Below, in pieces: positions 48,933 to 59,703 of a stretch of DNA of 64,000 nt (within the stretch, counting starts at the first letter, position 1; the number at the start of each line of letters is the position of its first letter). Source of the stretch: Sedimentisphaeraceae bacterium JB056. Its GTDB lineage: Bacteria; Planctomycetota; Phycisphaerae; Sedimentisphaerales; Sedimentisphaeraceae. A program made the position numbers and the translations under genes. The DNA lies in NCBI GenBank assembly GCA_044440125.1, contig JBITAJ010000022.1:320001-384000 (forward strand), written 5' to 3'. The notes beneath the pieces are model-generated. The model saw only the letters and a program-made list of their open reading frames with translations. It did no database searches and was not told the origin of the DNA.

Positions 48933-49035
48933 TTGCTAAAACACCAATTCTATATCGTATAAGATTTGAGCTGGCATAAAAATAACCTTTCACGCCAGCT
49001 TAAAATCTGCAAACATTTCTTACTACTAAAAAAAT

Positions 49036-49067
49036 AAAGCCCGCATCAGGGAAGATGCGGGCTTTTT
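49036..49067. terminator. Bidirectional rho-independent terminator between convergent operons
   Basis: AAAGCCCGCATC-AGGGAA-GATGCGGGCTTT flanked by A and T tracts; a second imperfect IR lies at about 48962-49008. Confidence 0.85.
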
Positions 49068-49122
49068 GTAAACATTCATCAAGGCATATACTCTGCTGGA
49101 CACAGACTATATACAGATTTAA

Positions 49123-50487
49123 CTATTCGATAGAATCAGTCTGTGGCTCAAGTCCTAATCCTGCAAGGATCAGATAGACGGTAAAGCCAACTACAAATGA
49201 CATAAGCGTTTCAAGACCATAGGCAAATCCTATTACTGGAAGATGACCTAAAATCCCAACAACAAATCCGCATGCCCATGCGACATAACCTGCCCAGTTG
49301 ATTCCTCTTCTTGGTCCAGGCCACTTTCCGCTTCGGAAATGATCCGCCGCCATAGCACCAACGATAGGACCAAATGAAGCACCTATAAGCAGGAAGAAAC
49401 CTACAAGATTTTCAGCAACACCTGTAGCCGCCAAAATGACACCAACGAGACCTGCACCAAGTGTAAGAGGTACTCTTGCAAGTTTGGGCATCATAGTAGA
49501 AAATGCATTACCAGCCAGAAATGCACAGAAACCAGTAGGACAAACGCAAGCAATCACGAATATCCAAAACATTAAATTGGACATTGCACCCTTGATCACC
49601 GAAATCGAACCGATAAATATCTCAAAAGCGTTAAAGTTGTCCATGGAAGCCTTGCTCAGAAGCTCTGCATCGATTCCCATAGCCCCAGCCATTGTAATTA
49701 TAGCAAAAAAACCGGCAACGATAGCAACCAGTGTAATACCTACTAGCCCACCGCATATAACATCCTTCTCGTTTCTGTTATTCATTGTAAAGTCGGCTCC
49801 TGCCGCCCCTGCCGTAGCAAAGAAACCGGCAGCAGATTGAAATGCAGCAAAAGCTCCTATTCCCATAACAGGAATTAGCGAAGGCACAGAATCAAAGCTT
49901 GCAAAAGCCAGGCTAAAATTATTTAATCCACTTGAATTTTTTATTCCCGCTATAATTATCATAACCAATGGGAATATAGGAAGCCAGCTCGAAAGCCAAC
50001 CAAGCCAATTAATACCGACAGCTCCCACAAGAGCCAGAGATAATCCCCACACCCCGCAGATAAACCAAAACAATGGTGAATTGATGTGAGCATCCACACC
50101 AATTGCACTTATAAAGAACTTAGCTGCAGTAAAAGTAAACACCGAATGCCAGCCTATCTGCAAGACTCCCATCAAAAGTCCCGGCATTAAGATACCGCCC
50201 TTTGCGCCAAATGTTGAAGAGCCTATTACATAGAGAGGCATTCCAGTAGTAACACCAATCTTTGCCGAAACATAGTAGAGTAAAAAGCAGAAAATAGCAC
50301 CCAAAACAAGACCGACTACTGCAGCGGTAACACTGCCGTAACGAATCGCACTGGCCATTCCTGCCATAAACGGAACTGAAAGAAATATACCCGCATATGA
50401 TGGTGCGGTGTTTTTATACCACGGAGTCCTTTGCTCCATAGAAACCGCCGAAGCAGCTTTGATATAACCAGGTAGTTTATTTCCCAT
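49123..50487 (-). CDS. NCS1 family (cytosine/purine permease CodB-like) transporter
   Basis: G..TGMPLYVIGSSTFG, QIGW, GASFGPIVGAMAAD, GINWAG; about 12 TM segments. Confidence 0.75.
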   Translation of the reverse strand: MGNKLPGYIKAASAVSMEQRTPWYKNTAPSYAGIFLSVPFMAGMASAIRYGSVTAAVVGLVLGAIFCFLLYYVSAKIGVTTGMPLYVIGSSTFGAKGGILMPGLLMGVLQIGWHSVFTFTAAKFFISAIGVDAHINSPLFWFICGVWGLSLALVGAVGINWLGWLSSWLPIFPLVMIIIAGIKNSSGLNNFSLAFASFDSVPSLIPVMGIGAFAAFQSAAGFFATAGAAGADFTMNNRNEKDVICGGLVGITLVAIVAGFFAIITMAGAMGIDAELLSKASMDNFNAFEIFIGSISVIKGAMSNLMFWIFVIACVCPTGFCAFLAGNAFSTMMPKLARVPLTLGAGLVGVILAATGVAENLVGFFLLIGASFGPIVGAMAADHFRSGKWPGPRRGINWAGYVAWACGFVVGILGHLPVIGFAYGLETLMSFVVGFTVYLILAGLGLEPQTDSIE

Positions 50488-50559
50488 AAAAACCTCACTT
50501 AATTATCGTAGCCATTCACAGAATATCCTAATGGCATGAACAACTACTAATTATTAATA

Positions 50560-51552
50560 TTACTTGTCAAATGCAGAATCAAAAATGACATCAGAAGGAG
50601 AAAAGTCTACCTTCTTCACAAACTCGCAAGCCTCTCTTGCTCCGTGTTCTCTGTTCATGCCACAATCTTCCCATTCAACAGAGAGTGGACCTGCGTATGA
50701 AAGGTGGTTGAGCGTTCTGATTACATCTTCAAAATCAACTTCCCCATGTCCGAGTGAGCGGAAATCCCATCCTCTTTTCATATCTCCAAAATTCAAATGC
50801 GAACAAAGTATTCCGCTCTTTCCATCAAGCTGCAAAGCGGCATCTTTCATATGTACATGGTAGATCCTTTCGGGAAACTCTTTCAAAAACGCTGCCGGGT
50901 CCATCATTTGCCAAATAAGATGACTTGGATCAAAATTAAAGCCGAAAGTCTCACGACCGCTCAAAGCTTCGATAGCTCTTGCCGCCGTATATGTGTCAAA
51001 CGCTATTTCAGTAGGGTGAACCTCCAAAGCAAATTTCACGCCGCATTCATCAAATACATCAAGTATAGGATTCCACATATCCGCAAAATATTTGAAACCA
51101 TCATCAATCATCTCATCTGTAACCGGAGGGAAACTGTAAAGCATATGCCAAATAGAAGAACCGGTAAAACCTGCCACAACATTAACACCCAGATTCTTTG
51201 CCGCCCTTGCGGTATTCTTCATAGCCTCAACTGCCCAAGCTCTCTTCTTTTCAGCATCCCCGCTGCAGTCAGCAGAAGCAAAAGCATCAGAACGACTGTC
51301 ATTGTTCAGATCGCAAACAAGCTGCCCTGCCAGATGATTGCTGATAGCAAATACTTCAAGCCCGTTATCCTCAAGTATGCCTTTCTGCTGCTTGCAGTAT
51401 TGAAGGTCTGTTGCCGCCTTGAATACGTCAAGATGGTCACCCCAGCATGCCAGCTCCAATCCATCGTATCCCCATTCCGAAGCTTTTTTTGCAAGCTCTT
51501 TCAAAGGCATATCCGCCCATTGCCCTGTAAATAATGTAACTTTTCTTGCCAT
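50560..51552 (-). CDS. Sugar phosphate isomerase/epimerase-family TIM barrel (IolE/xylose-isomerase-like; candidate keto-glycoside eliminase/dehydratase)
   Basis: LFTGQWAD, GYDGLELACWG, ALEVHP, NFDPSH, HVHMKD, LSVEWED. Start at 51552 behind a GAGG RBS. Confidence 0.85.
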   Translation of the reverse strand: MARKVTLFTGQWADMPLKELAKKASEWGYDGLELACWGDHLDVFKAATDLQYCKQQKGILEDNGLEVFAISNHLAGQLVCDLNNDSRSDAFASADCSGDAEKKRAWAVEAMKNTARAAKNLGVNVVAGFTGSSIWHMLYSFPPVTDEMIDDGFKYFADMWNPILDVFDECGVKFALEVHPTEIAFDTYTAARAIEALSGRETFGFNFDPSHLIWQMMDPAAFLKEFPERIYHVHMKDAALQLDGKSGILCSHLNFGDMKRGWDFRSLGHGEVDFEDVIRTLNHLSYAGPLSVEWEDCGMNREHGAREACEFVKKVDFSPSDVIFDSAFDK

Positions 51553-51609
51553 TTTAAACCTCATATAAAATTAAGTTGATCTTATTTTCAATCTCAGAAA
51601 CCCAATATA

Positions 51610-52779
51610 TCAGCTTTTGATTTTCGTCCATTTTTTATCACTTTTACTGCTTTCAACCACTGTTTCTATAAAAAGCATTCCCCTGAGACCGTCATCAATA
51701 TTGGGGAAATCAAGCTCAAGAGCAGTGGGTTCCTTACCATTTTTCTTAGCTATAACAGTATCGGCAAAATTGACATAGTTATTCGCAAAAGCTTCTATGA
51801 ACGCCTCTGGATGTCCAAATGGCAGTCGTGTTGCTCTGCCTGCAGCCTCGCTCTTTGCTCCCACATAATCATTACCTCTTCGCCATATCTCTACCGGACT
51901 CTCAGGTCTGCTGACATAGAGGTAATTTGGATGTTCCTGATGCCATTCAACAGAACCCTTTTCGCCGTAAACCCAAATTGCAAGGCCATTCTCCTCACCG
52001 ATGGATATCTGACTGGCATGTAAGATTCCTTTTGCCCCGTTATCAAACTTCAGCAGACAATTGACATCATCATCAAGCAAGCGTCCTTCAACAAAAGTTG
52101 TCAATTGTGCACAAATTTCGGTTATTTTCAATCCTGTGATGTATTCGGATAGATTCTCAGCATGAGTACCAATATCACCTACACAACCGCCTGCACCGCT
52201 CTGATTTGGGTCTGTACGCCACTTAGCCTGCGCACTGTCTGTGTCTTCAAGTTTTGTAGCAAGCCAGCCCTGCGGATACTGCACAACGATTTTGCGTATT
52301 TCACCCAAATCGCCATCTGATACCATATCCTTAGCAAGCTTAACCATCGGATACCCCGTGTAGTTGTGCATAAGCCCAAAAGCACTGCCATTGGCTTCAA
52401 TAATTCCCTTCAGCTCTTTGGCCTGCTGTGAGTTGAATGTTACGGGTTTTTCACACATAACATCAAACCCAGCCTCAAGAAACTTTTTCGCAATATCAAA
52501 ATGCAGATGATTAGGGGTAACGATAGACACAAAATCTATCCTCTTTTCTACTGGCAAAGCCAATTCTGCATCAATCATTTCCTCATAACCGCCGTAAACT
52601 CGTGACTTATCAAGACAAAGTTCTTGAGCCATCTGGAAACTTTTTTCAGCTTTAGAAGAAAAAGCGCCTGCTACAAGCTCTATTTTACCATCCATCAAAG
52701 CTGCCTTGCGATGCACCTCACCGATAAAAGCACCGGGACCGCCGCCAATCATACCCATTCTTAATTTAAAATTTTTCAT
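51610..52779 (-). CDS. Gfo/Idh/MocA family NAD(P)-dependent oxidoreductase
   Basis: [28 protein letters not shown]. Confidence 0.9.
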   Translation of the reverse strand: MKNFKLRMGMIGGGPGAFIGEVHRKAALMDGKIELVAGAFSSKAEKSFQMAQELCLDKSRVYGGYEEMIDAELALPVEKRIDFVSIVTPNHLHFDIAKKFLEAGFDVMCEKPVTFNSQQAKELKGIIEANGSAFGLMHNYTGYPMVKLAKDMVSDGDLGEIRKIVVQYPQGWLATKLEDTDSAQAKWRTDPNQSGAGGCVGDIGTHAENLSEYITGLKITEICAQLTTFVEGRLLDDDVNCLLKFDNGAKGILHASQISIGEENGLAIWVYGEKGSVEWHQEHPNYLYVSRPESPVEIWRRGNDYVGAKSEAAGRATRLPFGHPEAFIEAFANNYVNFADTVIAKKNGKEPTALELDFPNIDDGLRGMLFIETVVESSKSDKKWTKIKS

Positions 52780-52811
52780 AAAAGCTCCTGTTTCACCTCG
52801 ATTTAATTCTA

Positions 52812-53534
52812 TTATATATTTTCCAAGGACTCCATATTATCACCACATGGCGTTTTGAAAACAACTGGAGCAACCCAGCGAACAGCATTGCTAATAACCT
52901 TCATAACACTCTCATTGTAATATATCGGAAATGTCTCATGTCCTGGACGAAAGTAGAATATCTTGCCATTACCTCTTTGCCATGTACACCCGCTTCTGAA
53001 TACCTGCCCACCTGCAAACCATGAGATTAAAAGCAGTTGGTCGGGTTCAGGTATATCAAAACGTTCTCCATACATTTCGGTATGTTCAAGTTCAAAATAA
53101 TCACCAATACCTTGCACAATAGGATGTGAATGATTTACAACCCAAAGCCTTTCTTTTTCACCAGACTCACTCCATCTGAGATTACAACTGGTACCCATCA
53201 GGGCTACAAAAATCTTTGAAAGATGTGAAGAATGCAGTGGTATAAACCCCATGCCTTCATTAATTCTTGCCTTGATCTTTGCAACAAGCTGATCCTCAAC
53301 CTTATGATGAGCAGCATGCGACCACCAAATAAGAACATCTGTTTTCTCAAGCAGTTCATCAGGTAAACCTTGACAAGGATCTTCAAGTGTAGCGGTAACT
53401 ACTTCAAAGTCTCTTTCTTTTTTAAGATCATCACCAATAGCATTATGTATACCATTGGGATAGATCTTTGCAACTTCCTGATTGGTCCTTTCATGCTGAA
53501 ACTCATTCCATACGACAACTCTTATCTTATTCAT
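52812..53534 (-). CDS. thuA: Trehalose utilisation protein ThuA-like (class I GATase fold)
   Basis: VWNEFQHE, YPNGIH, DVLIWWSH.AH, LHSSH, EMYGE.FDIP.PD, FRSG, YFRPGHET.P.Y. Confidence 0.85.
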   Translation of the reverse strand: MNKIRVVVWNEFQHERTNQEVAKIYPNGIHNAIGDDLKKERDFEVVTATLEDPCQGLPDELLEKTDVLIWWSHAAHHKVEDQLVAKIKARINEGMGFIPLHSSHLSKIFVALMGTSCNLRWSESGEKERLWVVNHSHPIVQGIGDYFELEHTEMYGERFDIPEPDQLLLISWFAGGQVFRSGCTWQRGNGKIFYFRPGHETFPIYYNESVMKVISNAVRWVAPVVFKTPCGDNMESLENI

Positions 53535-53808
53535 TTAGCCTCGCAGAATATTAAAAGTTAAAATTGGTTAAAACTCTATTGTAATTCTACGTTATAGCCG
53601 GCTTTTTCTCTACAAATATAATCCAGCGGTATATTTTCAACAACAGCTTTTATGGCATTTAAGTCCATATTTTTAATACTTTTACAAAAGGCTATCGATC
53701 GTCATTAAGCAATCTTAAGTTATTGGGTTAAATTACATATTGACTTTATTGAACAATTTTACGAAAATACATATGTTACTTTAACAATATAATTTCGGTG
53801 CCTTATAA

Positions 53809-54702
53809 ATGACACTTAAAACCCCAAATATATTTGATAACGACTTTCCCAAAATAAGACTTTCTATCTGTCAGGTTTTCACCGAACAGTGGAAAGTTGA
53901 AGATAATTATTCAAATCTGCTTAAAGCTATCGATCAGGCGGCAAAAGATGATGCGGAAATAGCAATTACACCCGAATGTGTATTCCACGGCTACGGCGAT
54001 CAGAATTCTGCCCAAAGCCAAAAGCTGCTTTTAGATGCCGCCGAGCCGATAGACGGTGAAAAGATATCGTTATTAAGGGAAAAAGCCACGGCCAACAATA
54101 TGTATATCCTGATTGGTTTCGCAGAGCTTGGCGATAATTACAAAATATACAACTCAGCAGCCTTGATATCAAATACCGGCGAGATAGTATATGTCTACCG
54201 AAAGGTACATTGCAGAGATTTTGAGGACATAATACATGATGGCTATTTCACTGCAGGCGACAATTTTTATTCAGAGCCTCTCAATTTGAAAAATGGCACG
54301 TTCAATATTGGAACCATGATATGCTTTGACAGAGAGCTGCCTGAATCAGTTCGTTCATTACGCTCTCTGGGAAGTGAACTTATTATGTGTCCATTAGCAA
54401 CCAATACAAGCGATCTGAGCAGATTAAATGAAAAAGCCGACAATGAAACCCTAACACGAATACGAGCGGCTGAGAATGAAGTATTCATCGTTGTTGTCAA
54501 TCATGCAGGTCGCTTTAACGGCGGCAGCTTTATCGTAGGGCCAAGCGGTGAAACGGTACTCCAGCTTGATGACAAGCCGCAAGTGAAGACATTGGACCTG
54601 CCTGTGGGAGTAATATCTCAAAATTTCCACAATAACCCTCTGGGATGGATGGGATGGGGATACCGACGAACTGATGTTTACAATAAATATTTAGACTTTT
54701 AG
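53809..54702 (+). CDS. Nitrilase/carbon-nitrogen hydrolase, cytoplasmic
   Basis: ITPEC, YRKVH and ICFDRELPE triad motifs; RAAEN. Confidence 0.85.
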   Translation: MTLKTPNIFDNDFPKIRLSICQVFTEQWKVEDNYSNLLKAIDQAAKDDAEIAITPECVFHGYGDQNSAQSQKLLLDAAEPIDGEKISLLREKATANNMYILIGFAELGDNYKIYNSAALISNTGEIVYVYRKVHCRDFEDIIHDGYFTAGDNFYSEPLNLKNGTFNIGTMICFDRELPESVRSLRSLGSELIMCPLATNTSDLSRLNEKADNETLTRIRAAENEVFIVVVNHAGRFNGGSFIVGPSGETVLQLDDKPQVKTLDLPVGVISQNFHNNPLGWMGWGYRRTDVYNKYLDF

Positions 54703-54744
54703 CATGTATAGAACTTTAATTTGTACTTATAATTGGTATTGAAT

Positions 54745-56832
54745 ATGAGCAACTACATAGTTTTACTTAAACAAGTACCCGATATTTCACAGATAACTGA
54801 TAATGTTTTCAATCCTGAAACCGGTACGCTTATAAGAAGCAAGCTTTCGAATGTAATAAACGAGCTTGATGCCGAAGCACTTGGTTTTGTAAATCATATG
54901 CAAACTATATCGGATCAGAAAGATTCCAAGGTAGTTACTATAAGTATGGGACCGCCCTCTGCTGAAGAAGTACTCAGGTATTCTCTCGCAAGGCTGGCTG
55001 ATACCGCCATACTGCTTTCGGACCGCAAACTCGGCGGTGCCGACACATGGGCAACGGCCAACCCCCTTTCCTTTGCCATAAGAAAAATTGCCAAGGAAAT
55101 ATTCAATGGAGACGATGACTTCTATATCGTCAGCGGAATGCAGTCTGTTGACGGCGATACCGCTCAGGTTCCACCACAGATTGCCTCAGAGCTAAATGTT
55201 CCATGTGTAGCATATGCGACAGAAGCCCACTACCAAAACGGGCGTTTTGAGTTTACAAGAATAATCTCCGGCGGCAGCCAGGTAGTTGCCGTAAAATCAA
55301 AACCGGCAGTAATAACTGTGGCCAAGTATGAGTACCCGCTGTTCTCCACTCTGGAGGCGACAAGAATATCTGACAAAACCGAGGTCATACATTGGACCGC
55401 TGATGATATTGAGGCCACCGGTATAGGCGTAAGCGGATCTAAAACGCAAGTAATACAGGTTTTCCCTCCCGGCAAAACACAAAGAAAATGCCGACAGATC
55501 AAAGATGTAAAAGAATTTGCAGATATCATCATAAAGAGCTCTAAAGCTGATGAGCAGGAAAGTGAAGAACAAGCCGCTTCAGGCTATATACTTCCTAAAA
55601 ACAGAAAAAGTCTGCTGCAAAGAGATTTCGAGAGTACAGACAAGGAGAATGAACACTACAAGATATTGACCGACAAACTCAACGAACTTGGAATTGACAA
55701 AACAGACGATCTGACAGATGAGAAAAAGAAAAAAGTAGTAGATGCCCTGTCGGATCTATTTCACGGCAAAACTCTCAATGACATGATAGATGGCCTTGAA
55801 TCAACAAAACCGTTTTATAACGGAGATGTATGGGTAATAGCCGAAACTCACAAAAACGAGATACACAGCTCAACTTTTGAGCTCTTGGGCAAAGCACGCC
55901 AACTCGCCGATTCACTTGAAAAGAATGTCGGAGTCGTAGTAATGGGCAACAACGTTGAAGGATTCAGCGACGAGCTCATCTATGCAGGTGCTGATACAGT
56001 TTATATAATAGACAACCCTTTATTATCTGAATTTGAACCAAATTGCTTCAAGAAGGTTTTGTCTGCAATAATAGAAGATTATCGGCCGCAGATAGCACTT
56101 TATTCTGCAACACCGCGTGGAAGAGTACTTGCTCCTATGACAGCCTATGGCCTAAACTGCGGACTTACCGCTGATTGTACTTCGCTGGAAATTGGCGATG
56201 TAAGCAGAAAGAATGAGATCGCGATTCTCATGCAGACACGCCCTGCCCTTGGCGGAAACATCATGGCAACGATTTATACGAAAAATTCCACAACTCAAAT
56301 GGTTACCGTAAGACCTGGTGTAATGAAACGTATTGCCGATGACCCCGGAAGAAAAGGAGAAATTGTAAGATTCAAAATAAACCTTTCCGAATCCGACAGA
56401 GCTGCAGAAATCATCAGAACCGAAGAGTCTTGCGGTGGAGCAAACTTCGAATCAGAATTGATAGTCTGCGGCGGCAAAGGTTTGCAGTCTCAGGATAACT
56501 ACGAGAACATAACTCAAAAATTGACGGATATAATGAGGGATAAGCTCCACCTGTCGGCAGAAAAAGGCGCAACAAGGGCTGCCGTTGAACAAGGTTTCAT
56601 CGACAGGCCGTATCAAATCGGACAAACAGGTACTTCAATAGGCCCCAAGATATATCTTGGACTCGGCGTAAGCGGAGCAATACAGCATATGATAGGTATC
56701 GCTAATACCAAAACCATATTCGCGGTCAATAATGATCCTGAGGCTCCGGTATTCAAGCAATGTGATTATTATATGATCGACAGTGTTGAAAATGTTGTAC
56801 CAAAATTAATTGAAGCTTTCAAAAGCATCTGA
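54745..56832 (+). CDS. Fused electron transfer flavoprotein beta-alpha (EtfB-EtfA / FixA-FixB)
   Basis: Beta part: LKQVPD, MGPP, GGADT, DGDTAQV. Alpha part: GLTADCT, TRPALGGN, GATRAAV, QIGQTG, GVSGAIQH..G. Confidence 0.9.
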   Translation: MSNYIVLLKQVPDISQITDNVFNPETGTLIRSKLSNVINELDAEALGFVNHMQTISDQKDSKVVTISMGPPSAEEVLRYSLARLADTAILLSDRKLGGADTWATANPLSFAIRKIAKEIFNGDDDFYIVSGMQSVDGDTAQVPPQIASELNVPCVAYATEAHYQNGRFEFTRIISGGSQVVAVKSKPAVITVAKYEYPLFSTLEATRISDKTEVIHWTADDIEATGIGVSGSKTQVIQVFPPGKTQRKCRQIKDVKEFADIIIKSSKADEQESEEQAASGYILPKNRKSLLQRDFESTDKENEHYKILTDKLNELGIDKTDDLTDEKKKKVVDALSDLFHGKTLNDMIDGLESTKPFYNGDVWVIAETHKNEIHSSTFELLGKARQLADSLEKNVGVVVMGNNVEGFSDELIYAGADTVYIIDNPLLSEFEPNCFKKVLSAIIEDYRPQIALYSATPRGRVLAPMTAYGLNCGLTADCTSLEIGDVSRKNEIAILMQTRPALGGNIMATIYTKNSTTQMVTVRPGVMKRIADDPGRKGEIVRFKINLSESDRAAEIIRTEESCGGANFESELIVCGGKGLQSQDNYENITQKLTDIMRDKLHLSAEKGATRAAVEQGFIDRPYQIGQTGTSIGPKIYLGLGVSGAIQHMIGIANTKTIFAVNNDPEAPVFKQCDYYMIDSVENVVPKLIEAFKSI

Positions 56833-56851
56833 ATCTACGAGGAATAGAACA

Positions 56852-58507
56852 GTGAGCACAGAAAAGCAAAAAAAGATAGATACATTAATCATAGGAGCCG
56901 GCAGCGCAGGGCTTTCTGCGGCGTTGAGACTTAAGAATCTTAAACCGGATCAGACTATATGCGTTATCGATAAAGCGGCATCTGCGGGTAATCACAACCT
57001 GTCGGGGGCTGCCATTGAAAAAAACAGTCTTCACGAGCTTCTCGATTCGGTCTGCCCGAGCTGGGATAAGTCAATCGCTGAGGGGCAATTACTGTCGAGA
57101 GAAGTGGATAAGGATTTGGTTTATATGTTCCTGAGCTCAAAGTTCAAGGTAAACATGAAACCTTTGATCAACCTTGCAAAAGCCTTTGGGCTCGGACCGG
57201 GACAAATGCAGCATAAAGGAGACTATCTTCTGTCTGTCAGCAAGCTTTCAAAATGGCTCTCAGATCTCGCAATCGAAAAAGGAATAGAAGTAGTCTACGG
57301 CTTCAGCGTAAAAGATATTATATTCGATGAAGGTAAAGCAAGCGGCGTTATACTCACTGAACAAGGATTGGATAAGGATCGCAATAAACAGCCCAATTAT
57401 GTTCCCGAGGAAAAAGTGTATGCCGATCAAATCATATTGTGTGAAGGCTGCGATGGGCTCGTAACAGAGAGCTTCATAAAGAAAGCCGGGCTCAAACGTA
57501 AGACGACCCAACTATACTCGGTCGGTGTCAAAGAAATAATTAAAGTCAGCGATCAGCAGTATGAGGATTTCGGTCATAATACAAGTGTTCACGCAATGGG
57601 ATATCCTATATGGATGCCTGTTAAAGGCCCTGCCATGTTCGGCGGCGGCGTGTTGTATGCTATGGGCGACAACAATATTGCCGTTGGAATGATAACCGCA
57701 CTCGACTGGGAAGAATGTGATTTCAATCCCCAGGATGCCCTTGAGAACTTTAAGCATACAGAATTTGTAAGCCGATATATCAACGGAGGCAAGGTTATTG
57801 AAGCAGGGGCTAAAATGATACCCGAGGGAGGCTGGCTCGCCGTTCCCAGAGATGTCAAAACTAATTCAATCGGAAAAGCTAATGTGATAATAGCTGGCGA
57901 CAGTGCCGGCTTTGTAAATATGCAGAAGATCAAAGGTGTTCACAACGCCGTAAAGTCAGGTCTTCTTGCTGCACAGGCAATCGCTGAAACAGAAGATAAA
58001 AGCAGAATAGCCGAAAAATATACCGACTTGATCGACAACAGTCCTATAGCAAAAGAACTGAGGCCCGCTGAAAACTATCGACAGACGATAGCCAAATTCG
58101 GTATGGAGATCGGTCTTCCTCTTTCTGCGATAGCATCTATTCTGCCGCGATGGAAGATCGAGCCTGACTATGACACAATGAAAACGAAAAAATACAAGCT
58201 AAAGGGCAACAAGGAGTTTGATAAAGATACTTTCACCTCGCTTGCTTCAACCATTCATCGTGAAGAGCAGCCATCGCATCTTTTGATACTGGATTCATCG
58301 CCTTGTCTTGAATGTAAGGAAAAATTCGGCAGCCCGTGCATCACTTTCTGCCCCGCCGGTGTCTATGAAGAGATAACCGGCACGCTTAAAGCTGCAAATC
58401 CCTCAAACTGCCTGCATTGCAAGACCTGCCAGAGGAAATGTCCTTACGATAATATACGATGGACGGTCCCCGAAGGCAGCGGCGGCCCCAAATACATAAA
58501 CATGTAA
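56852..58507 (+). CDS. ETF:quinone oxidoreductase-like flavoprotein (FixC) fused to ferredoxin (FixX-like)
   Basis: IIGAGSAG, HNLSGA, GAKMIPEGG, GDSAGF..KIKG; C-terminal ferredoxin with 8 Cys. Start placed at GTG 56852 behind a GAGGA RBS. Confidence 0.85.
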   Translation: MSTEKQKKIDTLIIGAGSAGLSAALRLKNLKPDQTICVIDKAASAGNHNLSGAAIEKNSLHELLDSVCPSWDKSIAEGQLLSREVDKDLVYMFLSSKFKVNMKPLINLAKAFGLGPGQMQHKGDYLLSVSKLSKWLSDLAIEKGIEVVYGFSVKDIIFDEGKASGVILTEQGLDKDRNKQPNYVPEEKVYADQIILCEGCDGLVTESFIKKAGLKRKTTQLYSVGVKEIIKVSDQQYEDFGHNTSVHAMGYPIWMPVKGPAMFGGGVLYAMGDNNIAVGMITALDWEECDFNPQDALENFKHTEFVSRYINGGKVIEAGAKMIPEGGWLAVPRDVKTNSIGKANVIIAGDSAGFVNMQKIKGVHNAVKSGLLAAQAIAETEDKSRIAEKYTDLIDNSPIAKELRPAENYRQTIAKFGMEIGLPLSAIASILPRWKIEPDYDTMKTKKYKLKGNKEFDKDTFTSLASTIHREEQPSHLLILDSSPCLECKEKFGSPCITFCPAGVYEEITGTLKAANPSNCLHCKTCQRKCPYDNIRWTVPEGSGGPKYINM

Positions 58508-58514
58508 AGACAAG

Positions 58515-59588
58515 TCAGGATGCTGTTGACTTAAGGCTCAGATCAACCTGAAACTCACGTGGGCAGCATCCCATATGCTTCTTGAATACAGTAGAAAAAT
58601 ACTGACTGGATTCAAAGCCGCATTTAAAAGCAACGTCGGTAATGCTCTTGAAATTCTCACTTAAAAGCATTTTCGCAGCTTTCTGAACTCGACAATAGTT
58701 CAGGTAGTTGAGCGGAGTCATGTTTGTTATTTCTTTGCAGTAAAGACTGAATCGACTTCGTCCCAAATTACACTGCTTGGCCATATCTTCAAGGGACCAG
58801 AGATAATCAACCTGATCCTTAAGCTTCGAGAGAAATATCTCAACCGTTCTTCTGGTATTCACAAGATTTGGATTGAGTTTTATATCTTTCTTCTGAAGCA
58901 GCTCGTATAATTCAAGAAACAGTTCGTTTATGAGAAGCTTCATGCGTGTTTCTGCATTTTCCGGCTCCACCTCAGATATAGCCTTGGCCATATTTTCAAA
59001 ACATCTCTCAATCGCTTTATTAGCCCTCCATACAGATTGCTCATTATGGCTCAGAAGCTCAGTAAGGTGATTAATTTCTTTTCTGGAGAACACCATCCAG
59101 TCGGGCCAATCCCATTTGTCACTGGGGCGTCTTACGCCAAGATCGATTATGAGCCAATGAACCCTGCTGGCATCTATCTCCGGATTCCCTACCTTGTGAG
59201 GCTGCCACGGCCTTGTAATTGTCATATAACCGCTGTCAAGAGAATGGTCCTGCCCATCGATTGAAAAATCTAATTTGCCGCTGGAAATAAATCCGAGCTC
59301 AAGCCCTTCATTGCGATGTTCACCAAGCCCCCAATTTTGTCGGTGCTTAGCATCCCAAACACAGTATAAGCACAATTGAGGCATTACATTGGCAGGCAAT
59401 CTTTTACCGGGGTAACTTCGCCGGCCATAACCGTCAAGAAATAACTCCTCTTTGTCAGCGGCATTTTTCAATGGCTCGCAACTGTCGGCTCGATATAAGG
59501 CCAATGAATCATAAAATATAGCGGGCTGGCTTTTTTGTGTCTGCTTTACCATATTTAACCTATCCAAAAAATATTTCAAAGTTAACAC
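58515..59588 (-). CDS. AraC-family regulator with cupin-like sensor (true start may be ATG 59552)
   Basis: HRNEGLE..., ITRPWQPH; SITDVAFKCGFESSQYFSTVFKKHMGCCP. Confidence 0.9.
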   Translation of the reverse strand: MLTLKYFLDRLNMVKQTQKSQPAIFYDSLALYRADSCEPLKNAADKEELFLDGYGRRSYPGKRLPANVMPQLCLYCVWDAKHRQNWGLGEHRNEGLELGFISSGKLDFSIDGQDHSLDSGYMTITRPWQPHKVGNPEIDASRVHWLIIDLGVRRPSDKWDWPDWMVFSRKEINHLTELLSHNEQSVWRANKAIERCFENMAKAISEVEPENAETRMKLLINELFLELYELLQKKDIKLNPNLVNTRRTVEIFLSKLKDQVDYLWSLEDMAKQCNLGRSRFSLYCKEITNMTPLNYLNYCRVQKAAKMLLSENFKSITDVAFKCGFESSQYFSTVFKKHMGCCPREFQVDLSLKSTAS

Positions 59589-59703
59589 TTTTATCTTAGA
59601 GGAATTACGCAGGCTGAGAATTACAAATTATACCACTAATTTCAATCTGGTATATCATACTTAAACCTGGCATAAAAACTACTAAGCTTAAATTAGTGAT
59701 TTC

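Noticed and set aside
50797..51534. 245 aa plus-strand ORF
   Set aside because: It is antisense to the conserved TIM-barrel gene and has no motifs. The same applies to the other short nested ORFs in the track.
54745..58507. Nitrogen fixation locus
   Set aside because: Fix-like genes are present but no nif genes are in the window.
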